Assembly: GCA_963667255.1 (NCBI GenBank)
Contig: OY762940.1
Location: 159,485 to 223,484, forward strand
Direction of reading: 5' to 3'
Origin: Candidatus Cloacimonadota bacterium
GTDB lineage: Bacteria; Cloacimonadota; Cloacimonadia; G963667145
Length of the DNA stretch: 64,000 bases
Part shown: piece after piece, positions 30,247 to 41,518 of the stretch
Numbering within the stretch: position 1 is the first letter of the stretch
How the letters are laid out: each line of letters begins with the position of its first letter
The notes under the pieces: generated by a model
Seen by the model: the letters and a program-made list of their open reading frames with translations, nothing else
Told to the model about the DNA's origin: nothing
Database searches by the model: none
Translations under genes and position numbers: made by a program

Positions 30247-31224
30247 TCAACTTTTCTTACGAAAAAACGACAAAGAAATTATAAGCTCTTTTCTGAAAAT
30301 TTTGAGAATCAACAATCCCAATAATATCGAATAAACAACAACCATAGTATGAGAAAAAAGTATCAAAGCAGCCACGGTATTGGTCGCAATTCCGAACATT
30401 CCACTAAAAATTATGAGAGCAGTTATTTCGTTAGAGCCGATTTGCCCGGGAGGGGAAGGCACTGCGTAAGACAAAAACAGCAGGGAGTAACCCAGAAACA
30501 GAATATCCAATGGCATAACATAGTTAAGAGCCAAAGTCACAAAATAAAAAGCCAAGCAATTACAAAATAATGCCAAAACAGAAAGGAAAAACATTTTAAC
30601 AAAAAGAGGAAGCGTAAATTTAATCCTTCTAATTCCTGCTACGAAACGGATAAACATTCCCAAGAGTTTCCGCAATTTTTTGTTGTGCCACCTTTTTCTG
30701 AGTGCAATTACCATCTTTACCCTAAAAGAAACAAATATCAAAAAAAGAAACCCAGCCAACAAAATGCCGACCAGAAAATAGATTATGTAATAAACCTCAA
30801 CACTTACATCATAGCGAACAAAAGGCAAAAAACACAGAATAACAAAAATCGGCATCAAATCAAAAAGTTTATCAATAAATGCGGTAGGTAACACCCTTGA
30901 CAATGGGACATTATAGCTTTTCTTGATGTAATTGCACTTTACAATTTCCGCAATTCTAATAGGAATCAAAAAGTCTATTACAGAAGCCATCGCATAAGTT
31001 TTCAAGACTTCCCAACGCCTGACGGGAACTAATCTCTTTAGCAAAAAACTCCAACGACTACCGCGTATACAGGTGGTCGAAAAAGATACTAAGAAGAATA
31101 AAGGCAGATACCAATAATTTATATTTTCATAATGGGCAAGGGTTTCCGAGAAATCAAAAAACTTGAAACTGAGCACCAACAATCCTACGCCAATTATAAA
31201 AAGAACAGACAATTTTTTAATCAT
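30247..31224 (-). CDS. Lysylphosphatidylglycerol-synthase TM domain / flippase-like protein (UPF0104)
   Basis: RGSRW, LIPIRIAE, DKLFDL, PSPPGQIG pattern; hydrophobic. Confidence 0.75.
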   Translation of the reverse strand: MIKKLSVLFIIGVGLLVLSFKFFDFSETLAHYENINYWYLPLFFLVSFSTTCIRGSRWSFLLKRLVPVRRWEVLKTYAMASVIDFLIPIRIAEIVKCNYIKKSYNVPLSRVLPTAFIDKLFDLMPIFVILCFLPFVRYDVSVEVYYIIYFLVGILLAGFLFLIFVSFRVKMVIALRKRWHNKKLRKLLGMFIRFVAGIRRIKFTLPLFVKMFFLSVLALFCNCLAFYFVTLALNYVMPLDILFLGYSLLFLSYAVPSPPGQIGSNEITALIIFSGMFGIATNTVAALILFSHTMVVVYSILLGLLILKIFRKELIISLSFFRKKS

Positions 31225-31272
31225 GGAGCTAAGAAAGAAATAACCCGATAAGAAGCAACAATTTTCAACAAG

Positions 31273-31299
31273 AAAAAAGCCACTTCGCTAAAAGTGGCT
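31273..31299 (-). terminator. Rho-independent terminator of the ribosomal superoperon
   Basis: AGCCACTT-N6-AAGTGGCT hairpin followed by a T-run on the minus strand, just after rplQ. Confidence 0.75.
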
Positions 31300-31326
31300 G
31301 TAAATAATTCAAAATAACTTTGAAAA

Positions 31327-31776
31327 TTAACTCTCTACAACTTCTTCCGTTTCCTTAGCCAAATCCTCAAGTTTTACCTCTTTTTCAGCAGGTTCGGGAG
31401 TAGCAACAGCGGAAACTTCCTTTTCCTCTACAAATTCGATAATCACCAACGGTGCGGCATCGCCTTTGCGAAATCCGGCTTTTATTATTCTAGTATATCC
31501 ACCGTCAACGCTTTTGTATCTCGGAGCAATCTCATCAAAAAGCTTTTTAACCAAACTACGGTCGCCCAATACACTGTAAGCCAAACGACGATGATGAACT
31601 TCACCCTTTTTCCCGTAAGTAATGACTCTCTCAGCCAAACTTCTCATCTCTTTAGCCTTAGCCTCTGTAGTAGTGATGCGCTCCGATATTATCAAAGACT
31701 TCACCAAGTTTCTCAACAACGCTTTACGATGTCCGGCTTCTCTGCCAAACTTGCGTCCTTCTTTTCTATGTCTCAT
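31327..31776 (-). CDS. rplQ: 50S ribosomal protein L17
   Basis: MRHRKEGRKFGR...GGYTRIIK. Confidence 0.98.
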   Translation of the reverse strand: MRHRKEGRKFGREAGHRKALLRNLVKSLIISERITTTEAKAKEMRSLAERVITYGKKGEVHHRRLAYSVLGDRSLVKKLFDEIAPRYKSVDGGYTRIIKAGFRKGDAAPLVIIEFVEEKEVSAVATPEPAEKEVKLEDLAKETEEVVES

Positions 31777-31784
31777 AATATCTA

Positions 31785-32798
31785 CTACCTTTTTAAAATT
31801 TTATTTCTTGCTTCCAATATCTCAGCTTCCACTTTCTCCAAATTCATGCCCAAAGACATATCCAAATCAGAAAGAAGTTTTTTGATTTCGTCCAAAGACT
31901 TTTTACCAAAATTGCGATATCTAAGCATTTGATTTTCGGTTTTGCTTACCAAATCTCTAACAGTCTCTATCTTGGCAGCAAGCAAACAGTTGCTGGATCT
32001 TACAGACAGCTCCATCTCGTTGACACTGGTATCCAGAAGTCTCTCAATCCTCTCCAGACGAGGGTCCATTTCCAGTTTTTCCACATATTCAGGTTCCACC
32101 TCAAATCTAACCATCTTATCGTAAAAATCTCTCAGCAATTTGCTAGCGGTGAAAAATGCTTCTTTAGGGTCTAAGCTCCCGTCAGTTGTCACTTCCAAGA
32201 CCAATTTGTCGTAATCGATTTTCTTGCCGACTCTTTCGTTTTCTACAGAGAAAGCCACATTTTTGACAGGATTGAACAAAGAATCCACAGCGATGAAGCC
32301 GACAGGCAATTCAGATTTGTCATGCTCTTCGGAAGGAACATACCCACGATTGACACCAATAATAATCTTGCAATTAATCTCATGTCCATCTTGAGTAATC
32401 TCAAAAAGTTCCAAATCTTTATTGATAATCTCCACACCTGATTTCAAAGTAATGTCTTTAGCTGTTACCATTCCGACCTTTTTGACATTCAACTCCAAAG
32501 TAACATCTTCCAAAAATTTGGACTTGATAGCCAAGCGTTTAAGTCGCAAAATAAAGTCAACATAATCGGTATTAGTGCCCGGGATTCCTGTAAATTCATG
32601 GTGCAATCCATCAATCATCACAAATTTAACAGCAGCCCCTTGCATAGAAGAGAGTAGCACCCTACGAACAGTATTACCGACAGTTGTCCCGTATCCGGGC
32701 TCCATAGGGCTGACACTTACCTTCACATAAGTACTACTATAAGTGGATTCGTCTATTTCCACCTTGGTAGGATTTTGAATAGGAATTATTAAACTCAT
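31785..32798 (-). CDS. rpoA: RNA polymerase alpha subunit
   Basis: GNTVRRVLLSS, ELSVRSSNCL, RNFGKKSL. Confidence 0.98.
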   Translation of the reverse strand: MSLIIPIQNPTKVEIDESTYSSTYVKVSVSPMEPGYGTTVGNTVRRVLLSSMQGAAVKFVMIDGLHHEFTGIPGTNTDYVDFILRLKRLAIKSKFLEDVTLELNVKKVGMVTAKDITLKSGVEIINKDLELFEITQDGHEINCKIIIGVNRGYVPSEEHDKSELPVGFIAVDSLFNPVKNVAFSVENERVGKKIDYDKLVLEVTTDGSLDPKEAFFTASKLLRDFYDKMVRFEVEPEYVEKLEMDPRLERIERLLDTSVNEMELSVRSSNCLLAAKIETVRDLVSKTENQMLRYRNFGKKSLDEIKKLLSDLDMSLGMNLEKVEAEILEARNKILKR

Positions 32799-32813
32799 CG
32801 CACCTTCCCTACA

Positions 32814-33428
32814 TTATTTAGAATAGAATTCGACAATCAAACGATCATCAACATTCACAGGTATTTGATCTCTATTCGGGATAGCCAAAACTTCACCCTT
32901 CAAGCTCTTCTTGTCAAAAGACAACCAAGCAAAACTATCCACGGCACTGTTTCCGATATTATCCAAGAAAACTTGCATATTTTTGCTCTTATCTTTCACT
33001 TGGATGATATCTCCTTGCTTACATTGATAAGAAGGGATGTTCACTCTTTTGCCGTTCACAGTGATGTGAGCATGAGTCACCAACTGACGAGACTGCATCC
33101 TCGTAGCTGCCAATCCAAGTCTGAAAACAACACTGTCCAATCTCAACTCCAAAAGTCGAAAAAGATTTTCGCCGGTTACACCGCTTTGTCTTGCAGCTTT
33201 TTTGAAATAGTTACGGAACTGCTTTTCCATGAGGCAATAAATCATTCTAGCTTTTTGCTTCTCATCCAAATGCAAGCCGTAATCACTCTTTCTCTTCTTA
33301 AAGCCTTGGCTATGCTCACCCGGAGCGTAACCTTTTTTCTTCAAAATTTTATCATATTTGGGAGCTTCAAATATATTCTCCCCGAATTTTCTGCAAATTC
33401 TCGCTTTAGGACCTGTATATCTAGCCAT
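32814..33428 (-). CDS. rpsD: 30S ribosomal protein S4
   Basis: MARYTGP...LELRLD...IVEFYSK. Confidence 0.98.
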   Translation of the reverse strand: MARYTGPKARICRKFGENIFEAPKYDKILKKKGYAPGEHSQGFKKRKSDYGLHLDEKQKARMIYCLMEKQFRNYFKKAARQSGVTGENLFRLLELRLDSVVFRLGLAATRMQSRQLVTHAHITVNGKRVNIPSYQCKQGDIIQVKDKSKNMQVFLDNIGNSAVDSFAWLSFDKKSLKGEVLAIPNRDQIPVNVDDRLIVEFYSK

Positions 33429-33438
33429 CTATCTCTCC

Positions 33439-33819
33439 CTATATCCTTCTTTGTTTAGGCGGTCTGCAACCATTATGAGGCACCGGAGTAACATCCTTAA
33501 TCATAGTGATTTGCAATCCAGCAGCATTCAGAGCTCTAATAGCAGCTTCTCTACCACCACCGGGACCTTTCACAATCACACCAACTCTGGAAATACCAAG
33601 TTCAACAGCCAATTCACCCATTTTTTTCCCAGCCAACTGAGCAGCAAAAGAGGTATTCTTCTTGGAGCCGTGATAACCGATATCACCGCCACTAGACCAA
33701 TCGATAGTATTTCCAGACTTGTCGGCCAAGGTCACAATCGTATTATTAAAACTGGAATGAATATTAACCATTCCTTCACTAATATTCAGTTTTTTCTTTT
33801 TCTTCACATTCTTAGCCAT
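33439..33819 (-). CDS. rpsK: 30S ribosomal protein S11
   Basis: SSFNNTI...[14 protein letters not shown]. Confidence 0.98.
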   Translation of the reverse strand: MAKNVKKKKKLNISEGMVNIHSSFNNTIVTLADKSGNTIDWSSGGDIGYHGSKKNTSFAAQLAGKKMGELAVELGISRVGVIVKGPGGGREAAIRALNAAGLQITMIKDVTPVPHNGCRPPKQRRI

Positions 33820-33825
33820 CTTCTA

Positions 33826-34179
33826 CTACCTCTTTTTCCTTCTCTTTTTGCGAGTCATAGCATTATTCTTAGTATTTTGACCTCTGCAAGGCAAACCTCT
33901 TTTGTGACGCAAACCGCGATAAGAGCCATTACCCATCAGTCTCTTTATGTCCATTACATTTCTGGTTCTAAGCTCACCCTCTACAATATAATGACCTTGT
34001 ATTTCCTCTCTAATCCGTTTTTCATCTTCGATAGAGAGGTCTTTTACTCTTATGCTTTCATCAATCGCAAGATCACTAAGAATCTTTTTAGAATAAGTTT
34101 TACCTATCCCAAAGATATAGGTCAACGCTATCTCCAATCTTTTGTCTTTAGGGAGTTCAACTCCTACTATATTAGCCAA
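33826..34179 (-). CDS. rpsM: 30S ribosomal protein S13
   Basis: ALTYIFGIG...YRGLRH..GLPCRGQ; TTG start. Confidence 0.97.
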   Translation of the reverse strand: MANIVGVELPKDKRLEIALTYIFGIGKTYSKKILSDLAIDESIRVKDLSIEDEKRIREEIQGHYIVEGELRTRNVMDIKRLMGNGSYRGLRHKRGLPCRGQNTKNNAMTRKKRRKKR

Positions 34180-34187
34180 ATCTCCTC

Positions 34188-34301
34188 CTAACCTTGTCTT
34201 TGCTTATGTTTGGGATTAGAGCAAATCACTCTAACCACACCTTTACGAACCACAATCTTGCAGTCCTTACAAATCTTCTTTACAGATGCTTTAACTTTCA
34301 T
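34188..34301 (-). CDS. rpmJ: 50S ribosomal protein L36
   Basis: Manually translated [37 protein letters not shown]; below the ORF-track cutoff. Confidence 0.97.
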   Translation of the reverse strand: MKVKASVKKICKDCKIVVRKGVVRVICSNPKHKQRQG

Positions 34302-34314
34302 CATTAACTCCAAA

Positions 34315-34533
34315 CTACTTATACCTATAAATTATTCTGCCTTTGGACAAATCATAAGGAGAAATCTCTAATTTCAACTTATCTCCCGTCAAAATTCGAA
34401 TATAGTGCATTCTCATCTTTCCCGACAAATGAGCAACAATCTCATGCCCATTCTCCAACTTAACCCTAAACTTCGTCCCAGGCAAAATCTCAACAACTTC
34501 ACCATCTATTTCTATATTATCCACTTTAGCCAT
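34315..34533 (-). CDS. infA: Translation initiation factor IF-1
   Basis: FRVKLENGH...[14 protein letters not shown]...SPYDL. Confidence 0.98.
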   Translation of the reverse strand: MAKVDNIEIDGEVVEILPGTKFRVKLENGHEIVAHLSGKMRMHYIRILTGDKLKLEISPYDLSKGRIIYRYK

Positions 34534-34544
34534 ACATGCCTCTA

Positions 34545-35303
34545 TTAACCGACCGTCAAAATCTCCGCCTCATCATCAGTAACGAGTATCGTATACTCAA
34601 AATGAGCCGAACGACTATTATCAGCCACCACACATTCCCAACCATTCTCGACAATCCTATTGGTGCCACGATTGAACATCGGCTCTATCGCCAATGTCAT
34701 TCCCGAACGCAAACGAACTCCAGTGCCTTTTCTCCCATCATTTGGAACGGCAGGATCTTCGTGAAGATTTTTCCCAATCCCATGTCCTGTCAGATTATCC
34801 GCCGGATAAAAACCGTTCTTTTTGGCGATAGCACCAATAGCAGCGGACAAATCACCCAAACGATTACCATTTCTTGCCAAAGCCACCGCTGTGTCAAGTG
34901 CTTCCTTGGTAATTTTCATCAATTTTTTATCTTCAGCGGAAATTTCCCCAACTGCATAAGTTTTAGCTCCATCTCCATAGTAACCGTTCAAATAGGTGCC
35001 CACATCAACACCAATAATATCGCCGTCTTGCAAAACAACTTTCTTGGAAGGAATCCCATGAACAATCACGGAATTTACCGAAGTGCAAACCTCTCCAGGA
35101 AAAGGTGGCAACCCAGGAACACTATAACCTTTGAAAGCCGGTCTAGCACCTCTATCCAAAATAAATTTCTTTGACTCTTCGTTAATCTCCCAAGTGGAGA
35201 TACCAGGCTTTATTATCCCGTCCAGATAGTCGAGCAAATCCCCGACAATTCGGTTAGCTGCTCTCATCTTTTCGATTTCGACAGAATTTTTAATAAAAAT
35301 CAC
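34545..35303 (-). CDS. map: Methionine aminopeptidase type I
   Basis: SVN..IVHGIP, DVG, GHGIG..LHEDP, AIEPM, SAHFE. Confidence 0.97.
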   Translation of the reverse strand: MIFIKNSVEIEKMRAANRIVGDLLDYLDGIIKPGISTWEINEESKKFILDRGARPAFKGYSVPGLPPFPGEVCTSVNSVIVHGIPSKKVVLQDGDIIGVDVGTYLNGYYGDGAKTYAVGEISAEDKKLMKITKEALDTAVALARNGNRLGDLSAAIGAIAKKNGFYPADNLTGHGIGKNLHEDPAVPNDGRKGTGVRLRSGMTLAIEPMFNRGTNRIVENGWECVVADNSRSAHFEYTILVTDDEAEILTVG

Positions 35304-36622
35304 TTAGCCCTTCTGCCTCTAATCTTGCCATGTTTCATAAATCCGTCGTAGTGTCGGGAAATAAGCTGACCTTCCAATTGTTGCAAAATATCCAAAGCAA
35401 CTCCCACAACAATGATGAGACTCGTTCCCCCGAAATAAAGAGGAGAGTTCGTATAGTCTATCAAATATTGAGGGACAACAGCTATCAGAGCAAAAAATAC
35501 CGCACCGGGCAATGTAATCCGAGCAATAACACTATTCAAATATTCTGCTGTGCTCTTGCCAGGCTTCTTACCAGGGATAAATCCGCCGAACTTCTTCATA
35601 TTGTTCGCCATTTCGATAGGATTGAGCACTATAGCCGTATAAAAATACGCAAAAAACACAATCAACATAACATACAAAATCGTGTAAGTGTATGCCCCAG
35701 GCGACAAAGAAGCCGAAATCGCATTCATAAAAGCGTTCTCTTTGAAAAAAGCGGCAATCGTCTTGGGGAACATTATCACGGCTTGGGCAAAAATGATAGG
35801 AATCACACCAGCAGTATTGACCTTGAGTGGAATGTGCGAGGACTGTCCGCCATATATCTTGCGACCGACAATTCTCTTGGCATATTGCACGACAATCTTT
35901 CTCTCGGCTTGAGTAACATACACTACCAAGCCGGTTACGATTATCATTGTAGCCAAGATAATCACAACATTCAGAGTCGGCATAGAGCCGGCATAAACCA
36001 TCTTCGCCATATTATAAAAGCCAACTGGATAGCGAACAACAATACCGGCAAAAATAATCAGAGAGATACCGTTGCCGATTCCGCGGTCGGTAATCCTCTC
36101 GCCAAGCCACATGATAATCATCGTGCCCGTAAGCAAAGTAGTCACAGCTGCAATCGTAAACATCATACCACTATTGGGGACAACAGCTTGACCAGCCGAG
36201 GTATACAAATTTTGCAAGAATATGGCAATACCTACGGAGTTGAACGCACCGACAATTAATGTCCCGTATCTAGTATATTGAGTAATCTTGCGTTGCCCCT
36301 CTGCTCCCTCATGCTTCAACTTCTCAAAAAATGGGAAGACTCCGCCCAAGAGCTGCATCACGATAGAAGCGGTGATATAGGGCATAATACCCAAAGCGAA
36401 AATGGAAGCTCTCTGAAAATTGCCACCAACGAACATATCAAACATTCCAAAAAGAGTGCCATCTCCACCTCTAGTGGTAAAAAACTCCTGCAAAGCACTG
36501 GTATCAATTCCCGGGACAGGTATGTAACCGCCCAATCTGTATAGAACCAAAATAAAAGCAGTAAAAAGAACTTTATTCTTTAATTCGGCAATCTTGAAGA
36601 CATTTAATAAATTCTTAAGCAA
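35300..36622 (-). CDS. secY: Preprotein translocase SecY
   Basis: SIFALGIMPYITASI, GIGNGIS, FGGTSLIIVVGV. Confidence 0.98.
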   Translation of the reverse strand: MLKNLLNVFKIAELKNKVLFTAFILVLYRLGGYIPVPGIDTSALQEFFTTRGGDGTLFGMFDMFVGGNFQRASIFALGIMPYITASIVMQLLGGVFPFFEKLKHEGAEGQRKITQYTRYGTLIVGAFNSVGIAIFLQNLYTSAGQAVVPNSGMMFTIAAVTTLLTGTMIIMWLGERITDRGIGNGISLIIFAGIVVRYPVGFYNMAKMVYAGSMPTLNVVIILATMIIVTGLVVYVTQAERKIVVQYAKRIVGRKIYGGQSSHIPLKVNTAGVIPIIFAQAVIMFPKTIAAFFKENAFMNAISASLSPGAYTYTILYVMLIVFFAYFYTAIVLNPIEMANNMKKFGGFIPGKKPGKSTAEYLNSVIARITLPGAVFFALIAVVPQYLIDYTNSPLYFGGTSLIIVVGVALDILQQLEGQLISRHYDGFMKHGKIRGRRAK

Positions 36623-36623
36623 T

Positions 36624-37061
36624 TTAAATCTCCTTTACACTACCACCGCAAGACTCGATAAGTTTTTTTGCGTTAGCAGAGAATTTATTAGCCTCAATAT
36701 TAAGAACAGCTTTGAAATCTTCAACACCAGAAGCCAAAACCTTTACAGGCAACAACTTCTTGGGGATTAATCCCTTTTCTTCCATCAAAGCCACATCAAT
36801 ATCAGATTGTCCAAGAGCAACCAAAGAACCCAAGTTGATAATACGATACTCTTTTCTATTGATACTGGTAAACCCTCTCTTGGGTAAACGACGTTGCAAC
36901 GGCATCTGACCACCCTCAAACCAAGCAGGAATGTTTCCACCGGCTCTTGATTTTTGTCCGTTAAATCCTCTACCGCCTGTTTTACCAAGTCCGGAACCGG
37001 GACCTTTACCTTTTCTTTTCTTATTCTTCAAGGCAGGTTTATTTAGATTAGATAAATTCAT
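36624..37061 (-). CDS. rplO: 50S ribosomal protein L15
   Basis: GSGLGKTGGRG, FEGGQMPL.RRLPKRGF. Confidence 0.98.
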   Translation of the reverse strand: MNLSNLNKPALKNKKRKGKGPGSGLGKTGGRGFNGQKSRAGGNIPAWFEGGQMPLQRRLPKRGFTSINRKEYRIINLGSLVALGQSDIDVALMEEKGLIPKKLLPVKVLASGVEDFKAVLNIEANKFSANAKKLIESCGGSVKEI

Positions 37062-37076
37062 TATTCCACCCCTATC

Positions 37077-37259
37077 TTAAACTTCTTCTACACGCAATAG
37101 ATAACCAACTTTATTAATCATCCCACGGATAACAGCAGTATCTTCATGCACTTTAGTTCTATTTATCTTACCGAGACCCAGAGCCTTGATAGCCCCCTTA
37201 ACATCGTCTCTTCTTTTGATAGTACTACGAATTTGAGTAACTTTTAATTTCTTAGCCAT
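37077..37259 (-). CDS. rpmD: 50S ribosomal protein L30
   Basis: LKVTQIRS...ALGL...RGMINKV. Confidence 0.97.
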   Translation of the reverse strand: MAKKLKVTQIRSTIKRRDDVKGAIKALGLGKINRTKVHEDTAVIRGMINKVGYLLRVEEV

Positions 37260-37780
37260 TATTTACTCCCCTTGGTAAGTTCATCGACGCTTTTACCGCG
37301 AAGTTTGGCTACATCTTGAATAGTTCTGAGTTGTTTCAGTCCATCGATAGTCGCCTTGGCAACATTGACAGCCGTGTTAGAACCCAAAGACTTGGTCAAA
37401 ATGTTTTGCACTCCAGCAGCCTCCAAGACAGCACGAGCAGGACCTCCGGCAATAATTCCTGTTCCATCGGAAGCCGGCTTGAGCATCACTTTGCTCGCCT
37501 TAAATCTACCGATAATTTCGTGAGGAATAGTGCCATTCACGATAGGAACACTAAACATAGCAGCAGCCGCATTGTCTTTAGCTTTGCTGATAGCATCGGT
37601 AATCTCGTTAGCTTTGCCACTGGCAAACCCCAACTTCCCGTTCTTATCTCCAACGACCATAGCAGCGTTAAAGCTGAAGTTTCTACCACCCTTTACCACT
37701 TTGGCAACTCTGGCGGTGGACACTATCTTTTCTACTTCAAATCCGCTTTTGATCGGTTTTTCGTTCTTTTGCTTTTTCAA
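37259..37780 (-). CDS. rpsE: 30S ribosomal protein S5
   Basis: [23 protein letters not shown]. Confidence 0.98.
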   Translation of the reverse strand: MKKQKNEKPIKSGFEVEKIVSTARVAKVVKGGRNFSFNAAMVVGDKNGKLGFASGKANEITDAISKAKDNAAAAMFSVPIVNGTIPHEIIGRFKASKVMLKPASDGTGIIAGGPARAVLEAAGVQNILTKSLGSNTAVNVAKATIDGLKQLRTIQDVAKLRGKSVDELTKGSK

Positions 37781-37789
37781 AATATCTCC

Positions 37790-38161
37790 TTATAGTGCCA
37801 AACCGGCTTCTCTAACGCCATCTACCACAGCCTTCACGCGACCATGATATTTGTAACCGTTTCTGTCCACACATACAGCCTTAATTTTAGCAGCTTTAGC
37901 TTTTTCACCTAACATCTTCCCTACTTGAAAGCTCTTTTCGCTTTTATCTCCCTCAAACTTAGCACCCTTTTCCAAAGTAGAACAAGCTACCAATGTCTTC
38001 CCGCTCTCGTCATCTATCATTTGAGCATAAATATTGTTCAAAGACCTGTAAATAACAAGACGAGGTCTCTCATTAGTGCCTTTTACTTTTTGAATATAAG
38101 CCTTTTTTCTTCTAAGTCTTGAGGCGGTTTTTACAAAACTCTTACACGATTTTTTTCTCAT
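37790..38161 (-). CDS. rplR: 50S ribosomal protein L18
   Basis: RPRLVIYRS, DRNGYKYHGRV. Confidence 0.97.
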   Translation of the reverse strand: MRKKSCKSFVKTASRLRRKKAYIQKVKGTNERPRLVIYRSLNNIYAQMIDDESGKTLVACSTLEKGAKFEGDKSEKSFQVGKMLGEKAKAAKIKAVCVDRNGYKYHGRVKAVVDGVREAGLAL

Positions 38162-38178
38162 TGTTAACTCCTCAACCC

Positions 38179-38736
38179 TTATTCAGCCTTTTTACCTTGT
38201 TTAATCTTCACAAATTCACCCTTGTATCTGATACCTTTGCCTTTGTAATTCTCAGGCGGTCTGATTTTGCGAATTTGGTCGGAAAACTTGCCAACCTCTT
38301 CTTTGTTAATGCCGGAGATAGTAACTTCAACATTAACAGCAAGAGCTTGCTTACCTTCAGGAGCCTTGGCTTCAACCTTCAGATGAGATGGCACTTCCAC
38401 TACCACTTCGTGAGAGAAGCCGAGACTGCATCTAAGCCAACGCCCTTGCACCTTAGCGTTAAAACCGGTCCCAATAAACTGCAAAGTCTTGCTAAAACCG
38501 GCACTCACGCCTATAACCATATTGTTTAATAAAGCCCTTGTCATCCCGTGAATAGCTTTCAAAGAGTCAGCCTTTCTGGACACAACAAGCACTCCATCTT
38601 CATTTTTTACACTAATTCCAGGCAAAAGAGCGTAAGAAAGTTCCCCGAGAGGACCCTTTACAGCAACATCACTACCCTTGATGTTGACTTCTACTTTTTC
38701 CGGTAAACTAATTGGTAGGTCACCTATTCTAGACAT
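38179..38736 (-). CDS. rplF: 50S ribosomal protein L6
   Basis: MSRIG...VKGPLGEL...RPPENYKGKGIRY. Confidence 0.98.
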   Translation of the reverse strand: MSRIGDLPISLPEKVEVNIKGSDVAVKGPLGELSYALLPGISVKNEDGVLVVSRKADSLKAIHGMTRALLNNMVIGVSAGFSKTLQFIGTGFNAKVQGRWLRCSLGFSHEVVVEVPSHLKVEAKAPEGKQALAVNVEVTISGINKEEVGKFSDQIRKIRPPENYKGKGIRYKGEFVKIKQGKKAE

Positions 38737-38748
38737 TCTGTTCTCCTC

Positions 38749-39162
38749 CTACCAAACCTTGCAAACATACTCGCCGCCAATGTTTTTGCTTTTGGCATCT
38801 CTGTCTATCATCACACCCTGAGAGGTCGAAATAATCGCACACCCCAAGTTGTTGTAAACAGTCGGCAAGTTCTTTGCACTTACATATACCCTCATACCAG
38901 GGGTACTAATTCTTTGGATACCTCTTAATACAGGGATTTCATCCTTAGTATATCTGAGCACCAAAGACAATTGTTTTCTTACTCTTTTTTGTGAAACATC
39001 CCTGTCCAAAATTTCGTAAGATTCTACGAAATTCTCTTGGTCGAGCAGTTTCACAATTCCTTCCACAAGTTTGCAATGGTCAACAAAAACAGTTTTGTGC
39101 TTAGCGAGATATGCATTTCTGATTTTTGTCAAAGCATTAGCAATAGGATCTGACACACTCAT
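38749..39162 (-). CDS. rpsH: 30S ribosomal protein S8
   Basis: DPIANALTKIRNA...RISTPG.RVY...STSQG...GGE. Confidence 0.97.
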   Translation of the reverse strand: MSVSDPIANALTKIRNAYLAKHKTVFVDHCKLVEGIVKLLDQENFVESYEILDRDVSQKRVRKQLSLVLRYTKDEIPVLRGIQRISTPGMRVYVSAKNLPTVYNNLGCAIISTSQGVMIDRDAKSKNIGGEYVCKVW

Positions 39163-39183
39163 TTATAAACTCCTTAATTTCTT

Positions 39184-39369
39184 CTACCAGCTAGATTTGG
39201 TAACACCCGGGATTTCGCCATTGGAAGCCAATTTGCGGAAACAAAGCCTGCAAATTCCAAAATCTCTGATATATCCCCTAGGGCGACCGCATTGCTTACA
39301 ACGATTATACTCTCTAACTTTAAATTTTTGAGATCTCTTTTGTTTAGCAATCATCGATTTTTTAGCCAT
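39184..39369 (-). CDS. rpsN: 30S ribosomal protein S14 (Zn-binding type)
   Basis: RCKQCGR...CRLCFR...PGVTKSSW. Confidence 0.98.
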   Translation of the reverse strand: MAKKSMIAKQKRSQKFKVREYNRCKQCGRPRGYIRDFGICRLCFRKLASNGEIPGVTKSSW

Positions 39370-39377
39370 AATTACCC

Positions 39378-39914
39378 CTAATTTTTCTTGAACGGAAATC
39401 CCAAGCCACTAAGTAACTTGAAAGCACCTTCATTGTTCTTAGAACTGGTACAAACCACGATACTAAGACCTCTTACACTATCAATTTTGTCATAATCAAT
39501 CTCAGGGAAAATAACTTGTTCTTGCAAACCAAGAGCATAATTACCTCTTCCATCAAACGATTTTGCGGAAATACCATTAAAGTCCTTCAGCTTAGGCAAC
39601 ACTATGGATACGAGTTTATCAATAAACTCAAACATAACTTCACCACGCAAAGTAACCTTACATCCAATAGGCATTCCTTCTCTCAATTTGAAATTGGAAA
39701 TAGACTTTTTCGCTTTGGTTATCATAGGCTTTCTACCGGTAATAATTGTCAAATCTTTAACCGCACCATCCAAAAGAGCTTTGTTTTGAGTAGCTTCGCC
39801 CACTCCCATATTCAAAACCACTTTCTCAAGTTTAGGAACTTGACAAATATTCTTGTATTCCTTCTTGAGCGAAGGCACTATTTCATTCAAATATTTCTCT
39901 TGTAATCTATTCAT
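39378..39914 (-). CDS. rplE: 50S ribosomal protein L5
   Basis: NMGVGEA, FKLREG, FDGRGNY, IFPEI. Confidence 0.98.
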   Translation of the reverse strand: MNRLQEKYLNEIVPSLKKEYKNICQVPKLEKVVLNMGVGEATQNKALLDGAVKDLTIITGRKPMITKAKKSISNFKLREGMPIGCKVTLRGEVMFEFIDKLVSIVLPKLKDFNGISAKSFDGRGNYALGLQEQVIFPEIDYDKIDSVRGLSIVVCTSSKNNEGAFKLLSGLGFPFKKN

Positions 39915-39928
39915 CGATCAGCTCCCGA

Positions 39929-40246
39929 TTATAACTCTTCACCGGATTTTTTGCAAACCCGAGTTCTTTTATCGCCAATCAATTTGTAAATCGGCTTGGT
40001 TACATCTTTAAGTTTTTGATTGAAAAGCATAACATTGGAAGCGTCGATAGAGCCCTCTATCTCCACTATTCCACCTTGAGGATTGTTTTGATCAGGTCTT
40101 ACATGCTTCTTTTTCAAATTAACTTTTTCTATTATCACTCTGCCTTTTTTGCGGTCAACAGCCAAGATTTTCCCTTTAGCACCCTTGGAAGAGCCGGCAA
40201 TCACAACCACAAAATCATCTTTTTTCAATCTGACTTTCTTTTCCAT
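39929..40246 (-). CDS. rplX: 50S ribosomal protein L24
   Basis: VVVIAG..KG..GK, GGIVEIE. Confidence 0.97.
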   Translation of the reverse strand: MEKKVRLKKDDFVVVIAGSSKGAKGKILAVDRKKGRVIIEKVNLKKKHVRPDQNNPQGGIVEIEGSIDASNVMLFNQKLKDVTKPIYKLIGDKRTRVCKKSGEEL

Positions 40247-40255
40247 TACTCCCCC

Positions 40256-40624
40256 TTACAACACTTCCGGAGCCAAAGATATAATCTTGGAATATCCATG
40301 CTCTCTCAGCTCTCTGGAAACCGGACCAAATACACGAGTTCCTACAGGCTCTCCGGCATCGTTGACTATCACTACGGCATTATCGGAAAATCTGATATAG
40401 GAACCGTCTTGCCTTCTAACAGCTTTCTTGGTTCTAACTATCAACCCTTTAGCCACGGCTTTTTTCTTGATTCTACCACCGGGCAAAGCTTTTTTGACAG
40501 CGATAACAATAATATCTCCAACAGTAGCGTATCTCTTCTTGGAACCACCGAGCACCTTGATGCATTCGGCTAATTTAGCTCCTGAATTATCTGCTACCAC
40601 TAGATTTGTTTGCATTTGTATCAT
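40256..40624 (-). CDS. rplN: 50S ribosomal protein L14
   Basis: VADNSGAK...GTRVFGPV...SLAPEVL. Confidence 0.98.
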   Translation of the reverse strand: MIQMQTNLVVADNSGAKLAECIKVLGGSKKRYATVGDIIVIAVKKALPGGRIKKKAVAKGLIVRTKKAVRRQDGSYIRFSDNAVVIVNDAGEPVGTRVFGPVSRELREHGYSKIISLAPEVL

Positions 40625-40635
40625 AATCTTAAGTC

Positions 40636-40887
40636 CTATTTACTTTCTTCCAAAACTTTATCCAAAACCCATTTTTTGGTTTTGCTAAAAGGCTTGGACT
40701 CTCTGATAGCAACAACATCGCCAAATTTGCAAATATTGTTCTCATCATGAGCCTTAACCTTTTTGTGTTTTCTTACCATCTTCTTGTATAAGGGATGAGC
40801 AAACTTTCTCTCAATCTCCACAACGATAGTTTTATCCATCTTGTCGGAAACCACCTTGCCAACCCTTGACAATCTTCTACTAAACAT
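40636..40887 (-). CDS. rpsQ: 30S ribosomal protein S17
   Basis: [11 protein letters not shown]...HPLYKK...AHDE. Confidence 0.98.
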   Translation of the reverse strand: MFSRRLSRVGKVVSDKMDKTIVVEIERKFAHPLYKKMVRKHKKVKAHDENNICKFGDVVAIRESKPFSKTKKWVLDKVLEESK

Positions 40888-41086
40888 TTGCTTCCCCTAT
40901 TCTTGCTCTTTCATTGACTATAGTCATAATACGAGCAATATCTTTTCTTGCCCATTTGAAAGCCGAAGGAGTTTCCAATTTCCCCATTGCTTGGGAAAAT
41001 CTCAAATCGAAAAGTTTCTCTTCCAACTTGTTCAAATTATCTTGCAATTCGCTATCGCTCATTTGACGAATTTCAGCAATTTTCAT
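40880..41086 (-). CDS. rpmC: 50S ribosomal protein L29
   Basis: LFDLRF...RKDIARI.T; operon position. Confidence 0.95.
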   Translation of the reverse strand: MKIAEIRQMSDSELQDNLNKLEEKLFDLRFSQAMGKLETPSAFKWARKDIARIMTIVNERARIGEANV

Positions 41087-41502
41087 ATTCTCACCTCTCC
41101 TCTGTAAACCATCTCAGTCCTGATAGGCAACTTCTTTCCAGCTTTGGAGATAGCTTCTCTTGCCAAAGCCTCATCTTCTATCTCCAGCTCAAACAAGACT
41201 CTTCCCGGTTTGACTACAGCTACCCAATACTCAGGTTCACCCTTACCTTTACCCATACGAGTTTCAGCAGCAGTTTGAGTATATGGTTTATCTGGGAAAA
41301 TACGAATATGCACTTTACCCGTTCTTTTCAAAGTTCTGGTCAAAACTACACGCACAGCCTCAATTTGACGAGCAGTAATCCAGCCACAACCTTGAGCAAG
41401 CAAACCAAAATTGCCGAAACTTACTTCGCTGCCTCGCTTGGCAAGACCACGCATTCGACCTCTCTGTTGCTTCCTAAATTTTGTTCTCTTTGGTGCTAAC
41501 AT
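41083..41502 (-). CDS. rplP: 50S ribosomal protein L16
   Basis: [11 protein letters not shown]...RMGKGKG. Confidence 0.98.
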   Translation of the reverse strand: MLAPKRTKFRKQQRGRMRGLAKRGSEVSFGNFGLLAQGCGWITARQIEAVRVVLTRTLKRTGKVHIRIFPDKPYTQTAAETRMGKGKGEPEYWVAVVKPGRVLFELEIEDEALAREAISKAGKKLPIRTEMVYRGEVRI

Positions 41503-41518
41503 TATCTTAACTCCTTAA